From: a virus | Taxonomy: Duplodnaviria > Caudoviricetes | Virus record (IMG/VR): IMGVR_UViG_3300037047_000310 | Span: 1 to 28,041 of that record | DNA: 28,041 bases | Direction: 5' to 3' (one strand) | Part shown: positions 18,271-26,403 of the stretch, one piece after another | How the letters are laid out: the number at the start of each line of letters is the position of its first letter | How positions within the stretch are numbered: position 1 is the first letter of the stretch | Program-made: the position numbers and the translations under genes | Notes under the pieces: generated by a model | The model's database searches: none | Seen by the model: the letters and a program-made list of their open reading frames with translations, nothing else | Told to the model about the DNA's origin: nothing

Positions 18271-18567
18271 GTGAACAAGACCAGCGAACCGATCATCCTC
18301 GAGCAGCCCATCAAGCGCGGCGAGAACAGCATCACCGAAATCACCCTGCGCAAGCCCGCTGCCGGCGAGCTGCGCGGCCTCAAGCTGGCCGACCTGATCA
18401 ACGGCGACGTCAACGCCACCATCCGCCTGGTGCCGCGCATCAGCCAGCCGAGCCTCACCGAGCAGGAAGTCGCCGCGCTGGACGTGGCCGATCTGCTGGG
18501 CTGCGCGGATGCCATCGCCGGTTTTTTGCAGAAGACGGCCACCTCGGCGGAATCCCCCGCAGCGTAG
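18271..18567 (+). CDS. E: Tail assembly chaperone gpE
   Basis: GTG start with AGGAG RBS; LRKPAAGELRG motif; lies between the tube and tape measure genes. Confidence 0.9.
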   Translation: MNKTSEPIILEQPIKRGENSITEITLRKPAAGELRGLKLADLINGDVNATIRLVPRISQPSLTEQEVAALDVADLLGCADAIAGFLQKTATSAESPAA

Positions 18568-18698
18568 ACGACGTGATGGCGGACATCGCCCTGGTGTTCC
18601 ACTGGGGGCCGGAGCAGATGAACGCCATGCCGCTGCATGAACTGATGGACTGGCGCGAGCGCGCCATCGAACGATGGGAGCGCACGCATGGCGCGTGA
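18522..18698 (+). CDS. E': gpE' extension (gpE+E') via programmed -1 frameshift
   Basis: TTTTTTG slippery site at 18522-18528; the -1 frame encodes MADIALVFHWGP...ELMDWRERA, the P2 E' signature. Confidence 0.88.
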   Translation, partial: FFAEDGHLGGIPRSVDDVMADIALVFHWGPEQMNAMPLHELMDWRERAIERWERTHGA

Positions 18699-21267
18699 TC
18701 TGAACCTCAAGGTCAACCTGCAGGCGCTGGACAATGCCTCGCGCACGTTCCGCAACATCGCCGGCGGCGCGACCAGCCTAGGCCGCGCCCTCAAGGACAC
18801 CCGCGGGGAGCTGAAAACCCTGCAGGGCCAGCAGAAGGACGTCAGTTCATTCCGCAACCTCAAGGGCGCGTCGGAGCAAACCGGCGCCGCCATGCAGGCC
18901 AACCGCGAGCGCATCAAGGCGCTGTCCCGCGAGATGGCCGCCACCGCCACGCCCACCAAGGCGCTCACGCGCGAATTCCAGAGCGCGGTCCGCCAGGGCC
19001 ACGCACTCAAGCAGAAGCACAACGAGCAGCAGCGCGAGCTGCAGGGGCTGCGCGGCAAGCTGGGCGAGGCGGGCATCAGCACTCGCAACCTGGCCAACCA
19101 CGAACGCGACCTGCGCCAACGCGTCGAGGGCACCAACAAGACGCTGGCCCAGCAGGAACAGCGGCTCAAGCAGCTCACCGCCCAGCAGAAGCGCCTCGGC
19201 GCCGCCAAGGCTCAGTACGAACGCACCCAGCAGGTCGCCGGCAGCATGGCCGCCACCGGCGCCGGCGGGCTTGCGGCCGGCAGCGGCATTCTCTACGCCG
19301 GCGCGCAGATGATGGCGCCGGGGCTGGAGTTCGACGCCGCGATGAGCAAGGTGCAGTCGCTGACCCGCCTCGATGCCGCATCCGAGGACATGGCCGCGCT
19401 GCGCGAGCAGGCCCGCCAGCTCGGCGCCAGTACGCAGTTCACCGCAGGGCAGGCCGCCGAGGCGCAGGGCTTTCTGGCCATGGCTGGCTTTAAGGCTGAA
19501 TCCATCCAGGCGGCGATGCCCGGCATGCTCGACCTCGCCAAGGCCGGCGACAGCGGTCTGGCTGAGACGGCAGACATCGCGTCCAACATCCTCACCGGCT
19601 TCAACCTGCAGGCCAGCGAAACCGGGCGCCTCGGCGACGTCCTGGTGGGCACCTTCACGCGCTCCAACGTCAACCTGCAGATGCTCGGCGAAACCATGAA
19701 ATACGCCGCGCCGGTGGCTGCATCGGTGGGGCAAGACCTCGAAACCGTGGCAGCCATGGCCGGCAAGCTGGGCGACGCGGGCATCCAGGGCAGCATGGGC
19801 GGCACGGCCCTGCGCTCGATTCTCAACCGCTTGAGCGCGCCGCCAAAGTCCGCCGCCGAGGCGCTGGACACGCTCGGCATCAGCGCTAAGGACGCCCAGG
19901 GCAACCTGCGCGACGTGCCGACCGTATTGCAGGAGATCTACGAGAAAACCAAGGACATGGGCGACGCCGATCGCGCCGGTCTGCTCAAGGGTATTGCCGG
20001 TGAGGAGGCGGTCGCGGGCCTGCAGGTGCTGGTGGCGCAAGCCGGCAGCGGCGGGCTGCAGGATTTCATCAGCACGTTGAAATCAACCGAGGGCGAGGCC
20101 AGCGCAACGGCAAAAACGATGGCCAACAACCTGCGCGGCGATCTGTCCGCGATGGGCAGCGCCTGGGAAGACCTCGGCATCCAGCTGCAGGAGCAGCAGA
20201 ACGGCCCCATGCGTGAGGTCACCCAAGCGCTGACAGGCATCATCGGCGGCGTGAAGAGCTGGATCGCCGAGAACCCCAAACTCGCGGCCAACATCGTCAA
20301 GACCGCCGCCGGCGTCGGCATCCTCATGGCCGGCATGGGCGGGCTCACGCTGGCGATCGCCAGCATCCTCGGCCCGTTCGCCATGGTGCGCTACGGCATG
20401 ACCGTGTTCGGCATCAAGGGCGCTGGGATGGCCAGCACGCTGTTCAACCTGGGCAAAACGGCGCTGCCGCTGGTGGGCAAGGGCATTCTGTTTATCGGGC
20501 GCGCGCTTGCGGCAAACCCCATCGGGCTGGCTGTGACCGCCATCGCCGGCGCGGCCTACCTGATCTACCGCAACTGGGAGCCGGTCAAGGCTTTCTTCCT
20601 GGGCATCTGGACGGAGATCCGTGCGGGTTTTGCCGGCGGGCTCGCGGGCATCGGCCAACTGATCGTCAATTTCAGCCCGCTCGGGCTGTTCTACAGCGCC
20701 TTCGCGGGTGTGATGAGCTGGTTCGGCGTGGACCTGCCAAGCAAGTTCAGCGAGTTCGGCAGCAACATGATCCAGGGGCTGATCAACGGTTTCACCAGCA
20801 TGTTCCCCAACCTCACCGCGACCATCAGCAGCGCCGCCAGCAGCGTGGTCAGCACGTTCAAGGGGCTGCTCGGCATCCACAGCCCGTCCCGCGTATTCGC
20901 TGAGCTGGGCGGCCACACCATGGCCGGCCTCGAGCAGGGCCTGCAGGGCGGGGAGAGCGGGCCGCTGTCGCAGCTGGCCAGCACCGCCAAGCGCCTCACC
21001 GCCGCCGGAGCCATCGGCCTGAGCGCGGCAGTGGGCGCCATGCCGGCCGCCGCAGGGGAGGCCGTCGCGTTCGACAGCCGCCCGCCGCTGGCCGCCCGTG
21101 CACCGGCCGCCGCGGCGCAGGGCGGCAGTAACACCTACACCATCACCATCCACGCAGCAGCAGGGCAGGACGCCAACGCCATCGCCCGCGCCGTCGCCGC
21201 CGAGCTGGACAAGCGCGAGCGCGAACGCGGTGCACGCGGCCGCTCATCCCTATTCGACCAGGAGTAA
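18688..21267 (+). CDS. T: Tail tape measure protein gpT (TP901-family core)
   Basis: 859 aa, Ala/Gly-rich helical, FDAAMSKV, LGETMKY, LGIHSPSRVF. Confidence 0.94.
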   Translation: MARDLNLKVNLQALDNASRTFRNIAGGATSLGRALKDTRGELKTLQGQQKDVSSFRNLKGASEQTGAAMQANRERIKALSREMAATATPTKALTREFQSAVRQGHALKQKHNEQQRELQGLRGKLGEAGISTRNLANHERDLRQRVEGTNKTLAQQEQRLKQLTAQQKRLGAAKAQYERTQQVAGSMAATGAGGLAAGSGILYAGAQMMAPGLEFDAAMSKVQSLTRLDAASEDMAALREQARQLGASTQFTAGQAAEAQGFLAMAGFKAESIQAAMPGMLDLAKAGDSGLAETADIASNILTGFNLQASETGRLGDVLVGTFTRSNVNLQMLGETMKYAAPVAASVGQDLETVAAMAGKLGDAGIQGSMGGTALRSILNRLSAPPKSAAEALDTLGISAKDAQGNLRDVPTVLQEIYEKTKDMGDADRAGLLKGIAGEEAVAGLQVLVAQAGSGGLQDFISTLKSTEGEASATAKTMANNLRGDLSAMGSAWEDLGIQLQEQQNGPMREVTQALTGIIGGVKSWIAENPKLAANIVKTAAGVGILMAGMGGLTLAIASILGPFAMVRYGMTVFGIKGAGMASTLFNLGKTALPLVGKGILFIGRALAANPIGLAVTAIAGAAYLIYRNWEPVKAFFLGIWTEIRAGFAGGLAGIGQLIVNFSPLGLFYSAFAGVMSWFGVDLPSKFSEFGSNMIQGLINGFTSMFPNLTATISSAASSVVSTFKGLLGIHSPSRVFAELGGHTMAGLEQGLQGGESGPLSQLASTAKRLTAAGAIGLSAAVGAMPAAAGEAVAFDSRPPLAARAPAAAAQGGSNTYTITIHAAAGQDANAIARAVAAELDKRERERGARGRSSLFDQE

Positions 21268-21273
21268 CGGACC

Positions 21274-21714
21274 ATGATGATGGCCCTCGGCATGTTCGTG
21301 TTTTCGCTGGAGACGCTCGCGTATCAGGAGTTCCAGCGCCAGACCGAATGGCGCCACGGCAGCACCTCCCGCATCGGCACCAACCCGGCGCGGCAGTACA
21401 TGGGGCGCGGCGACGACAGCATCACCCTGCCGGGCGTGCTGCTGCCCGCGCTGGCGGGCACGCAGCTCAGCCTGGACACCCTGCGCTTCATGGCCGACAC
21501 CGGCAAGGCCTGGCCGCTGGTCGAGGGCACCGGGAAGATATACGGCACCTGGATCATCGAATCGCTCAGCGAGGCGCGCACGCTGTTCTTTCGTGACGGC
21601 CAGGCGCGGCGCATCGAGTTCACCCTCAAGCTCACGCGCATCGATGACGGGCGCGTCGATCTGCTCGGCAGCGCAATCAGCGCCGGCGGCAACATCCTGC
21701 GGAGGCTGCTGTGA
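21274..21714 (+). CDS. U: Tail protein gpU
   Basis: MMMALGMFVF, ITLPGVL, RRIEFTLKL. Confidence 0.93.
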   Translation: MMMALGMFVFSLETLAYQEFQRQTEWRHGSTSRIGTNPARQYMGRGDDSITLPGVLLPALAGTQLSLDTLRFMADTGKAWPLVEGTGKIYGTWIIESLSEARTLFFRDGQARRIEFTLKLTRIDDGRVDLLGSAISAGGNILRRLL

Positions 21715-22976
21715 TCGACGCACTGCTCGCTCAGGGCAAGAGCCTGCTCGGCCAGGCCGCCGACAAATACCGCGAGGCGACCGCCTACCCGCGCCCGATC
21801 TGCCGCGTGATCGTCAACGGGGAGGACATCACCCTGGCCATCGAGCAGCGGCTGATCAGCATCGAGCTCACCGACAACCGAGGTATGGAGGCCGACCAGC
21901 TGACGATCACGCTCAGCGACCACGACGGCCTGCTCGCCATCCCGCCGCGCGGCGCGGTGGTCAGCCTGTGGCTCGGCTGGCACGACACCGGGCTGATCGA
22001 CAAGGGCAGCTACACCGTGGACGAGGTGGAGCACAGCGGCGCGCCGGACGTGCTCAGCATCCGCGCCCGCAGCGCGGACCTGCGCGAAGGGCTGAAGGCG
22101 AAGAAGGAGCGCAGCTGGAGCGGGCAGACGCTCGGCGCGATCGTGCAGACCGTCGCCGCGGCCTACGGCCTGAGCCCGGTCATCAGCGCCGCGCTGTCGA
22201 TGATCCAGCTCGCCCAGGTCGACCAGGCCAACGAATCCGACGCCAACCTGCTCAGCCGCCTCGGCGAGCAGCACGACGCCATCGCCGCCATCAAGGCCGG
22301 GCGCCTGCTGTTCACCCCGGCCGGCAAGAGCACAACCGCCAGCGGCCTGCCGCTGCCGCACATCACGCTCACCCGCGCCGATGGCGACGGCCACCGCTAC
22401 CTGCAGGCCGACCGCGACAGCTACTCCGGCGTGCGCGCCTACTACTACGACGTGGGCAGCGCCGAGAAGAAGGAGGCCATCGCCGGCGGCGGCGACAACT
22501 TGAAAGACCTGCGCCACACCTATGCCGACCAGCAGGCCGCCCTGCGCGCCGCCCGTGCCGAGTGGAGCCGCCTGCAACGCGGCACCGCCACGCTCAGCTA
22601 CCAACTGGCCAAGGGCCGGCCCGACCTGATACCCGAACTGACCTACAGCCTGATCGGCGTGAAGCCGGACATTGACGCGGTGGTGTGGCTCGGCGCCAAC
22701 GTGCGGCACTCATTCACGCCGGACAGCTACACCACCGCCCTGGAGCTGGAATCCAAACTGCCGGACGCGGACGAGGTGGCCGAGCTGGCCGAGCAGAGCG
22801 GCAACTACACCGGCGTGCTGGCGTGGTACCGCGACGAGAAGGCCGGCGACCAGAAGCAACTCACCGAAGGCGACCAGGCCAGCCCCAAGCGGCTGCTGCA
22901 CCTTTACGCCAACAAAGCTGGCGCCCAGCGCGCCGTGGAGCGGGAATGGAAGCGGATACAGCAAGCGAACGTCTGA
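21711..22976 (+). CDS. D: Baseplate hub / late control protein gpD
   Basis: LTDNRGMEADQL, DKGSYTVDEVEHSGAPD, DQANESDANLLSRL; 421 aa with a C-terminal extension. Confidence 0.93.
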   Translation: MIDALLAQGKSLLGQAADKYREATAYPRPICRVIVNGEDITLAIEQRLISIELTDNRGMEADQLTITLSDHDGLLAIPPRGAVVSLWLGWHDTGLIDKGSYTVDEVEHSGAPDVLSIRARSADLREGLKAKKERSWSGQTLGAIVQTVAAAYGLSPVISAALSMIQLAQVDQANESDANLLSRLGEQHDAIAAIKAGRLLFTPAGKSTTASGLPLPHITLTRADGDGHRYLQADRDSYSGVRAYYYDVGSAEKKEAIAGGGDNLKDLRHTYADQQAALRAARAEWSRLQRGTATLSYQLAKGRPDLIPELTYSLIGVKPDIDAVVWLGANVRHSFTPDSYTTALELESKLPDADEVAELAEQSGNYTGVLAWYRDEKAGDQKQLTEGDQASPKRLLHLYANKAGAQRAVEREWKRIQQANV

Positions 22977-23100
22977 GCGATCCGGCACCCGTGGCCGAGC
23001 CCGCGCCATATCAGCGGCCGCTGTCCGCGTGGGAGGCAGTTGACGAGGAGTGGGATGGGCGCGATGAGGCGCCGATGTGCATGTAGGGGGAAAACAATGC

Positions 23101-23129
23101 TTGCACTATAGGAACAATGTGCCTATATT
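23101..23129 (+). promoter_or_regulatory. acr promoter with Aca1 operator inverted repeat
   Basis: -35 TTGCAC (23101-23106), 17-nt spacer, -10 TATATT (23124-23129). The near-perfect palindrome TATAGGAACAATGTGCCTATA (23107-23127) resembles the Aca1 site AGGCACA-N-TGTGCCT. Confidence 0.85.
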
Positions 23130-23174
23130 GAAGCCATGCCAGCCACACGGCGAGGCGCAACCAGGAGAGACACC

Positions 23175-23372
23175 ATGAGCAACGACCGCAACGGCATCAT
23201 CACCCTGATCATCGACGCGACCGACACCGACCGCGAACACGCCGAGCGCATCTACGAAGAGCTGCGCGCCGATGACCGCATCTATTTCGATGACAGCGTT
23301 GGCCTCGACCGCCAGGGCCTGGTCATCCGCGATGACGTAGATCTGCTGGCAGTAGCAGCAGCGATCGAATGA
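23175..23372 (+). CDS. acrIE5: Anti-CRISPR protein, AcrIE5-like (type I-E inhibitor)
   Basis: 65-aa acidic protein MSNDRNGII...HAERIYEELRADDRIYFDDSVGLDRQGL; closely matches AcrIE5 as I recall it. AGGAG RBS; immediately upstream of aca1. Confidence 0.8.
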   Translation: MSNDRNGIITLIIDATDTDREHAERIYEELRADDRIYFDDSVGLDRQGLVIRDDVDLLAVAAAIE

Positions 23373-23581
23373 AACCCGACTCCAACACCCACAACCCCGA
23401 CCCGCGCTACCTGCGCGGGCTTCTGGAGCAGGCCAGCGTCAGCCAGCGCCAGGCCGCGCAGGCGCTCGGCATCAGTGAGCGAGTCATGCGGTACTACCTG
23501 AGCGACGAGAGCTTGCCGGGCCACCGCGCTGCACCCTACCCGGTGCAGTTCGCGCTGGAATGCCTAGCCGCTCCGCTATGA
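23369..23581 (+). CDS. aca1: Anti-CRISPR-associated HTH repressor Aca1
   Basis: HNPDPRYLRGLL..A..SQR.AA..LG.S.RVMRYYLS....APY.VQFALECLA is the Aca1 signature; ATGA overlap with the acr gene. Confidence 0.93.
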   Translation: MKPDSNTHNPDPRYLRGLLEQASVSQRQAAQALGISERVMRYYLSDESLPGHRAAPYPVQFALECLAAPL

Positions 23582-23588
23582 AAGAACT

Positions 23589-23611
23589 AAGGCGCCTTCC
23601 GGCGCCTTTTT
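23589..23611 (+). terminator. Rho-independent terminator after aca1, between convergent units
   Basis: AAGGCGCC-TTCC-GGCGCCTT stem followed by a T run. Confidence 0.8.
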
Positions 23612-23660
23612 CATTCCTGGAGAGTGGCCGGCGCGGCGGCTTTACGCATGCGTCACAGCT

Positions 23661-23909
23661 CTAGCTTGCGCGTTGGCGGCCCGTCACCAGGAACTGCAGA
23701 TCGGCATCGGTGCGGACTGCCAGCGCCTGCAGATAGTCGATGGGAATGACAGACGTGCCATTCTCGAAGCGCTTCTGCAGGTAGTCGGTAATGCCGGCCA
23801 GGTGCGCCAGTTCGTGCACGGCCAGGCCGAGGCGTTGGCGTTCTTCGGTCAAGCGGGCGCCAAAGGAGGTGGGCGTGTCGATAGCGGTGTCGGCGGAAAT
23901 GGGGTTCAT
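23661..23909 (-). CDS. XRE-family HTH protein
   Basis: FGARLTEERQRLGL....LA.LAG......RFENG...P..YLQAL......FLVTG; AGGAG RBS. Confidence 0.85.
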   Translation of the reverse strand: MNPISADTAIDTPTSFGARLTEERQRLGLAVHELAHLAGITDYLQKRFENGTSVIPIDYLQALAVRTDADLQFLVTGRQRAS

Positions 23910-23963
23910 GTGGCGGCTCCTTACAGGGTTGAACAGCGACCGACTGGCGAGCCGCCAGTTCCG

Positions 23964-24380
23964 TCAGGCGAAGTGGCGAGCCAGGCTGCGCGGGCGCACG
24001 ACCTCGCCGGTTTCGACATCCACCACGTCACCGATGATGCGGTCGATCCGGAAGGTGCGTTCTGCCTGGCGGTCCTGACACTCACCCTTGAGATGGGTGG
24101 CCGTGGCGGAATGGACGGTGACGGTGCGGCAGGTGACGTCGCCTGCCGCGTCCTCATAGGTGAAGGTCACGGTGCCCCGGCTCCAGCCGGTGCGCATGGC
24201 GCGGCTTGGCTTGGCTGACTGGTCCGGCGTGCGGCGTGGCGCAGGCCTAGCGGCCGGCGTGGGCGCACGCTGCGCGTCGATATCCCGCACTGCCTGCGCG
24301 TCGCGCCGGGATTTGCGAACCATGCTGACGAACACGGCTATGCCGACAGCGATAACAATCAGTGCGATGAAACCATCCAT
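23964..24380 (-). CDS. Membrane-anchored WYL-domain protein
   Basis: 138 aa from ATG 24380 (AAGGA RBS). N-terminal TM helix FIALIVIAVGIAVFVSMV, then a linker, then a WYL-like core VTFTY...G..T.RTV......L.G.C..R.AERTFRIDRI. Confidence 0.78.
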   Translation of the reverse strand: MDGFIALIVIAVGIAVFVSMVRKSRRDAQAVRDIDAQRAPTPAARPAPRRTPDQSAKPSRAMRTGWSRGTVTFTYEDAAGDVTCRTVTVHSATATHLKGECQDRQAERTFRIDRIIGDVVDVETGEVVRPRSLARHFA

Positions 24381-24420
24381 GGAGTTGTTCCTTAATTCGC
24401 AGACGCCAGGGCGGGCTGGA

Positions 24421-25098
24421 TTACTGGCAGATGCTCTCGCAAGGGATGCCGTCGTTGTCACGATCCAAGCGGCTGTTGCCGCATTGCTCAAGCTGGAAAC
24501 GGGCCTCTGCGCAGTTGGCCATCTGGCCGCAGGTCTTGCGTGCACAGCTGTATTGGCTAGCGGAGGAAGTGGAAGACGTTAGCAAGGGCGCCGCTTGTTT
24601 CTGTGGCTGTGCGAGCGGGCGTTTTGTTCCCTTGCGCCAATCCCATGGAGCCACTCGCTCCGCTTCCGGAAGGCTCCATAGCCCGCGTTTCGCCGTGCGA
24701 GCGTCGGCTTCGACTGCAAGTAGGGACTTGTCTCGGTTGTACTGCCGGTAAACCCATGCGGCGCCTTGATTGACCAGTGCTCTGTTGACGTCCACCCCGT
24801 CGACATAGATGCGGCCGACAACTCTGCCGTAGCGGTCTTTCTCGCCTGATTCGACCGTCGCCTGCTTGCCGAAGGCAAGATCAGAAAGGGCTTGGCGGGC
24901 GCGGGTGCCGTAGGGCTGCGCGCGTTCCGGCGTATCAATTTCGGCCAGTCGGACCTTCACTTGCTGCTGGTCCGCCGTCAGAAGGGTTAGCGTGTCACCG
25001 TCTGCTATTGCTACAACCTTTCCGGTGAGAGTTGCTGCGTCGACGATCCCCGCAAACGCCAATGCCCATACCAGGGCAAATATTGGTGGCAGCCGCAT
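24421..25098 (-). CDS. Secreted thermonuclease (SNase/ParB-like) with C-terminal Excalibur Ca-binding domain
   Basis: Signal peptide; SNase motifs DGDT, VRLAEIDTPE, DRYGR, GAAWVY, A...KRGLW, PWDWR; C-terminal C..M..C.EA....C....LDRDNDGIPCE. Confidence 0.92.
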   Translation of the reverse strand: MRLPPIFALVWALAFAGIVDAATLTGKVVAIADGDTLTLLTADQQQVKVRLAEIDTPERAQPYGTRARQALSDLAFGKQATVESGEKDRYGRVVGRIYVDGVDVNRALVNQGAAWVYRQYNRDKSLLAVEADARTAKRGLWSLPEAERVAPWDWRKGTKRPLAQPQKQAAPLLTSSTSSASQYSCARKTCGQMANCAEARFQLEQCGNSRLDRDNDGIPCESICQ

Positions 25099-25131
25099 CC
25101 TTGCTCCTTATTTGTTCCAAGTGAGAACACA

Positions 25132-25578
25132 TCAGGGCGCAAGATTAAGCCGTTCGACAAATGCAGCCAACTCCTTTAGTTGCATTTCGATATCACGCAC
25201 GCGCTTCTTTTCCTGTGCTACGGCGTCGACCGCACGCTGCCCATCCTCGTCCAGGGCTCGGTAGGTGGTGAGCAATGCGCGCTCCGCCGCCGGCATGGCG
25301 TACTCGCCGCGCTCCTCTTTCGGACCCGGTTCGGCGGCATTTCGCCGCAGCATTTCGCCCTCGCCAGTGAGGAGCCAGTCCAAGGACACCCCATGGCTGA
25401 TCGCGATATCTACACAATACGTGTAAGGAACAGAGTCCCTAGACCTCCAATTACCGAGCGTCGAGCGGTTTACCTCCAGCCTTTCGCCCAGCTGATTGTC
25501 GTTCTTGACACCGAAAACGGCTTGCAATCGGTCGAGTACGGCGGCTGCTGACTTATTTCCCAATTTTGGAAATTCCAC
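25132..25578 (-). CDS. cI: Phage immunity repressor (CI-type HTH)
   Basis: VLDRL...FG......L...L.V.RSTL.NW.SRDSVP....VSLDWLLTGEG; divergent from a cro-like gene. Start uncertain (GTG 25578 or TTG 25563). Confidence 0.85.
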   Translation of the reverse strand: MEFPKLGNKSAAAVLDRLQAVFGVKNDNQLGERLEVNRSTLGNWRSRDSVPYTYCVDIAISHGVSLDWLLTGEGEMLRRNAAEPGPKEERGEYAMPAAERALLTTYRALDEDGQRAVDAVAQEKKRVRDIEMQLKELAAFVERLNLAP

Positions 25579-25623
25579 GTTGACTTACCATTTGTGGGAA
25601 ACTACGATTACTCACAACGGGAA
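25557..25623 (+). promoter_or_regulatory. Early lytic promoter with three putative repressor operators
   Basis: -35 TTGACT (25580-25585), 17 nt, -10 TACGAT (25603-25608). Imperfect TTCCCA-N4-TGGGAA palindromes at 25557-25572, 25585-25600 and 25608-25623. Confidence 0.75.
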
Positions 25624-25652
25624 CATATTAGCCAACCGGGGACCGCCGAACC

Positions 25653-25889
25653 ATGAACAAGCGCCAGATCCATGCCCGGCTGATAGAGCAGGGCCTCACT
25701 TTCCGCTCGTTCGCCTTAGCCAAAGGGTATGACCCGCGCACTGTCACGCAGACCGTGGCGCGCTGGGCAGGTTCCCAGACGCTACCGAACGGCCGCATCG
25801 CTTTCTCGATCATGCGTGACCTTTCAGTGCAAATCGGCGTGGAGCTTATTCCAGGCCTGCTCGCACACCCTTTTGCTCATGCCAGCTAA
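25653..25889 (+). CDS. Cro/Ner-like DNA-binding protein
   Basis: 78 aa, IHARL...G.T.RSFA...GY.PRTV...V.RW HTH; first gene of the early operon, opposite cI. Confidence 0.75.
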   Translation: MNKRQIHARLIEQGLTFRSFALAKGYDPRTVTQTVARWAGSQTLPNGRIAFSIMRDLSVQIGVELIPGLLAHPFAHAS

Positions 25890-25924
25890 CCGTAATCGGC
25901 TTAAGCCACAGGGAAAACTAGAAG

Positions 25925-26401
25925 ATGAAGCGCGAAGTTCTAGAGAGCCGGCGGCAAGTGATGCGGGCGGTGGTCGCCAGCTACGCCGGAGGCCGTGAAT
26001 GTGCAGCAGCGCGTCTGGGGCTGCCTATCAAGCGGTTCGACAATCAGCTGTACGAGACCAACGGCTGCCAGCCGCTGACCGATGAGCAGCTGCACCAGCT
26101 GGAGCAAGACGCCGGCACCACGCACCTGCCTGACTACGTTGCCGCGCTGTACGGCGGCGTGTTCGTACCGCTCGCCAACCCGGACGAACTCGACAACATC
26201 GACCTGTATGCCCGTGCACTGGTGACCACCACCAGGCGCGGCGCCGTGGACCAGTTCATCGCCGACGCGCTCGCAGACGGCGTGATCGATGCACTGGAGG
26301 TCGAGGCCATCCTGGCGGCGCACCGCAAGCACATTGCGGCACGCCATGAGGAAGTGCAGGCGGTGATCCTGCTTCACACCCAGCGGCAACAAGGAGAGTA
26401 A
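25925..26401 (+). CDS. YmfL/CII-like phage regulatory protein
   Basis: YAGGRECAAARLGL...FDN.LYE, GGVFVPL, ALADGVID..E motifs; cII position. Confidence 0.7.
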   Translation: MKREVLESRRQVMRAVVASYAGGRECAAARLGLPIKRFDNQLYETNGCQPLTDEQLHQLEQDAGTTHLPDYVAALYGGVFVPLANPDELDNIDLYARALVTTTRRGAVDQFIADALADGVIDALEVEAILAAHRKHIAARHEEVQAVILLHTQRQQGE

Positions 26402-26403
26402 CA

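Noticed and set aside
16478-22709. Long antisense ORFs (572, 397, 356, 461 aa) across the tail genes
   Set aside because: Typical stop-poor antisense frames in GC-rich DNA.
23136-23174. 13-aa N-terminal extension of the Acr from ATG 23136
   Set aside because: It lies at the predicted transcription start; the strong AGGAG RBS and the 65-aa AcrIE5-like sequence favour ATG 23175.
22977-23660. CRISPR mini-array or RNA anti-CRISPR repeat near the acr locus
   Set aside because: No CRISPR-repeat-like or regularly spaced direct repeats found.
24381-24545. 55-aa upstream extension of the WYL ORF
   Set aside because: It overlaps the nuclease gene; ATG 24380 has its own RBS and begins the TM helix.
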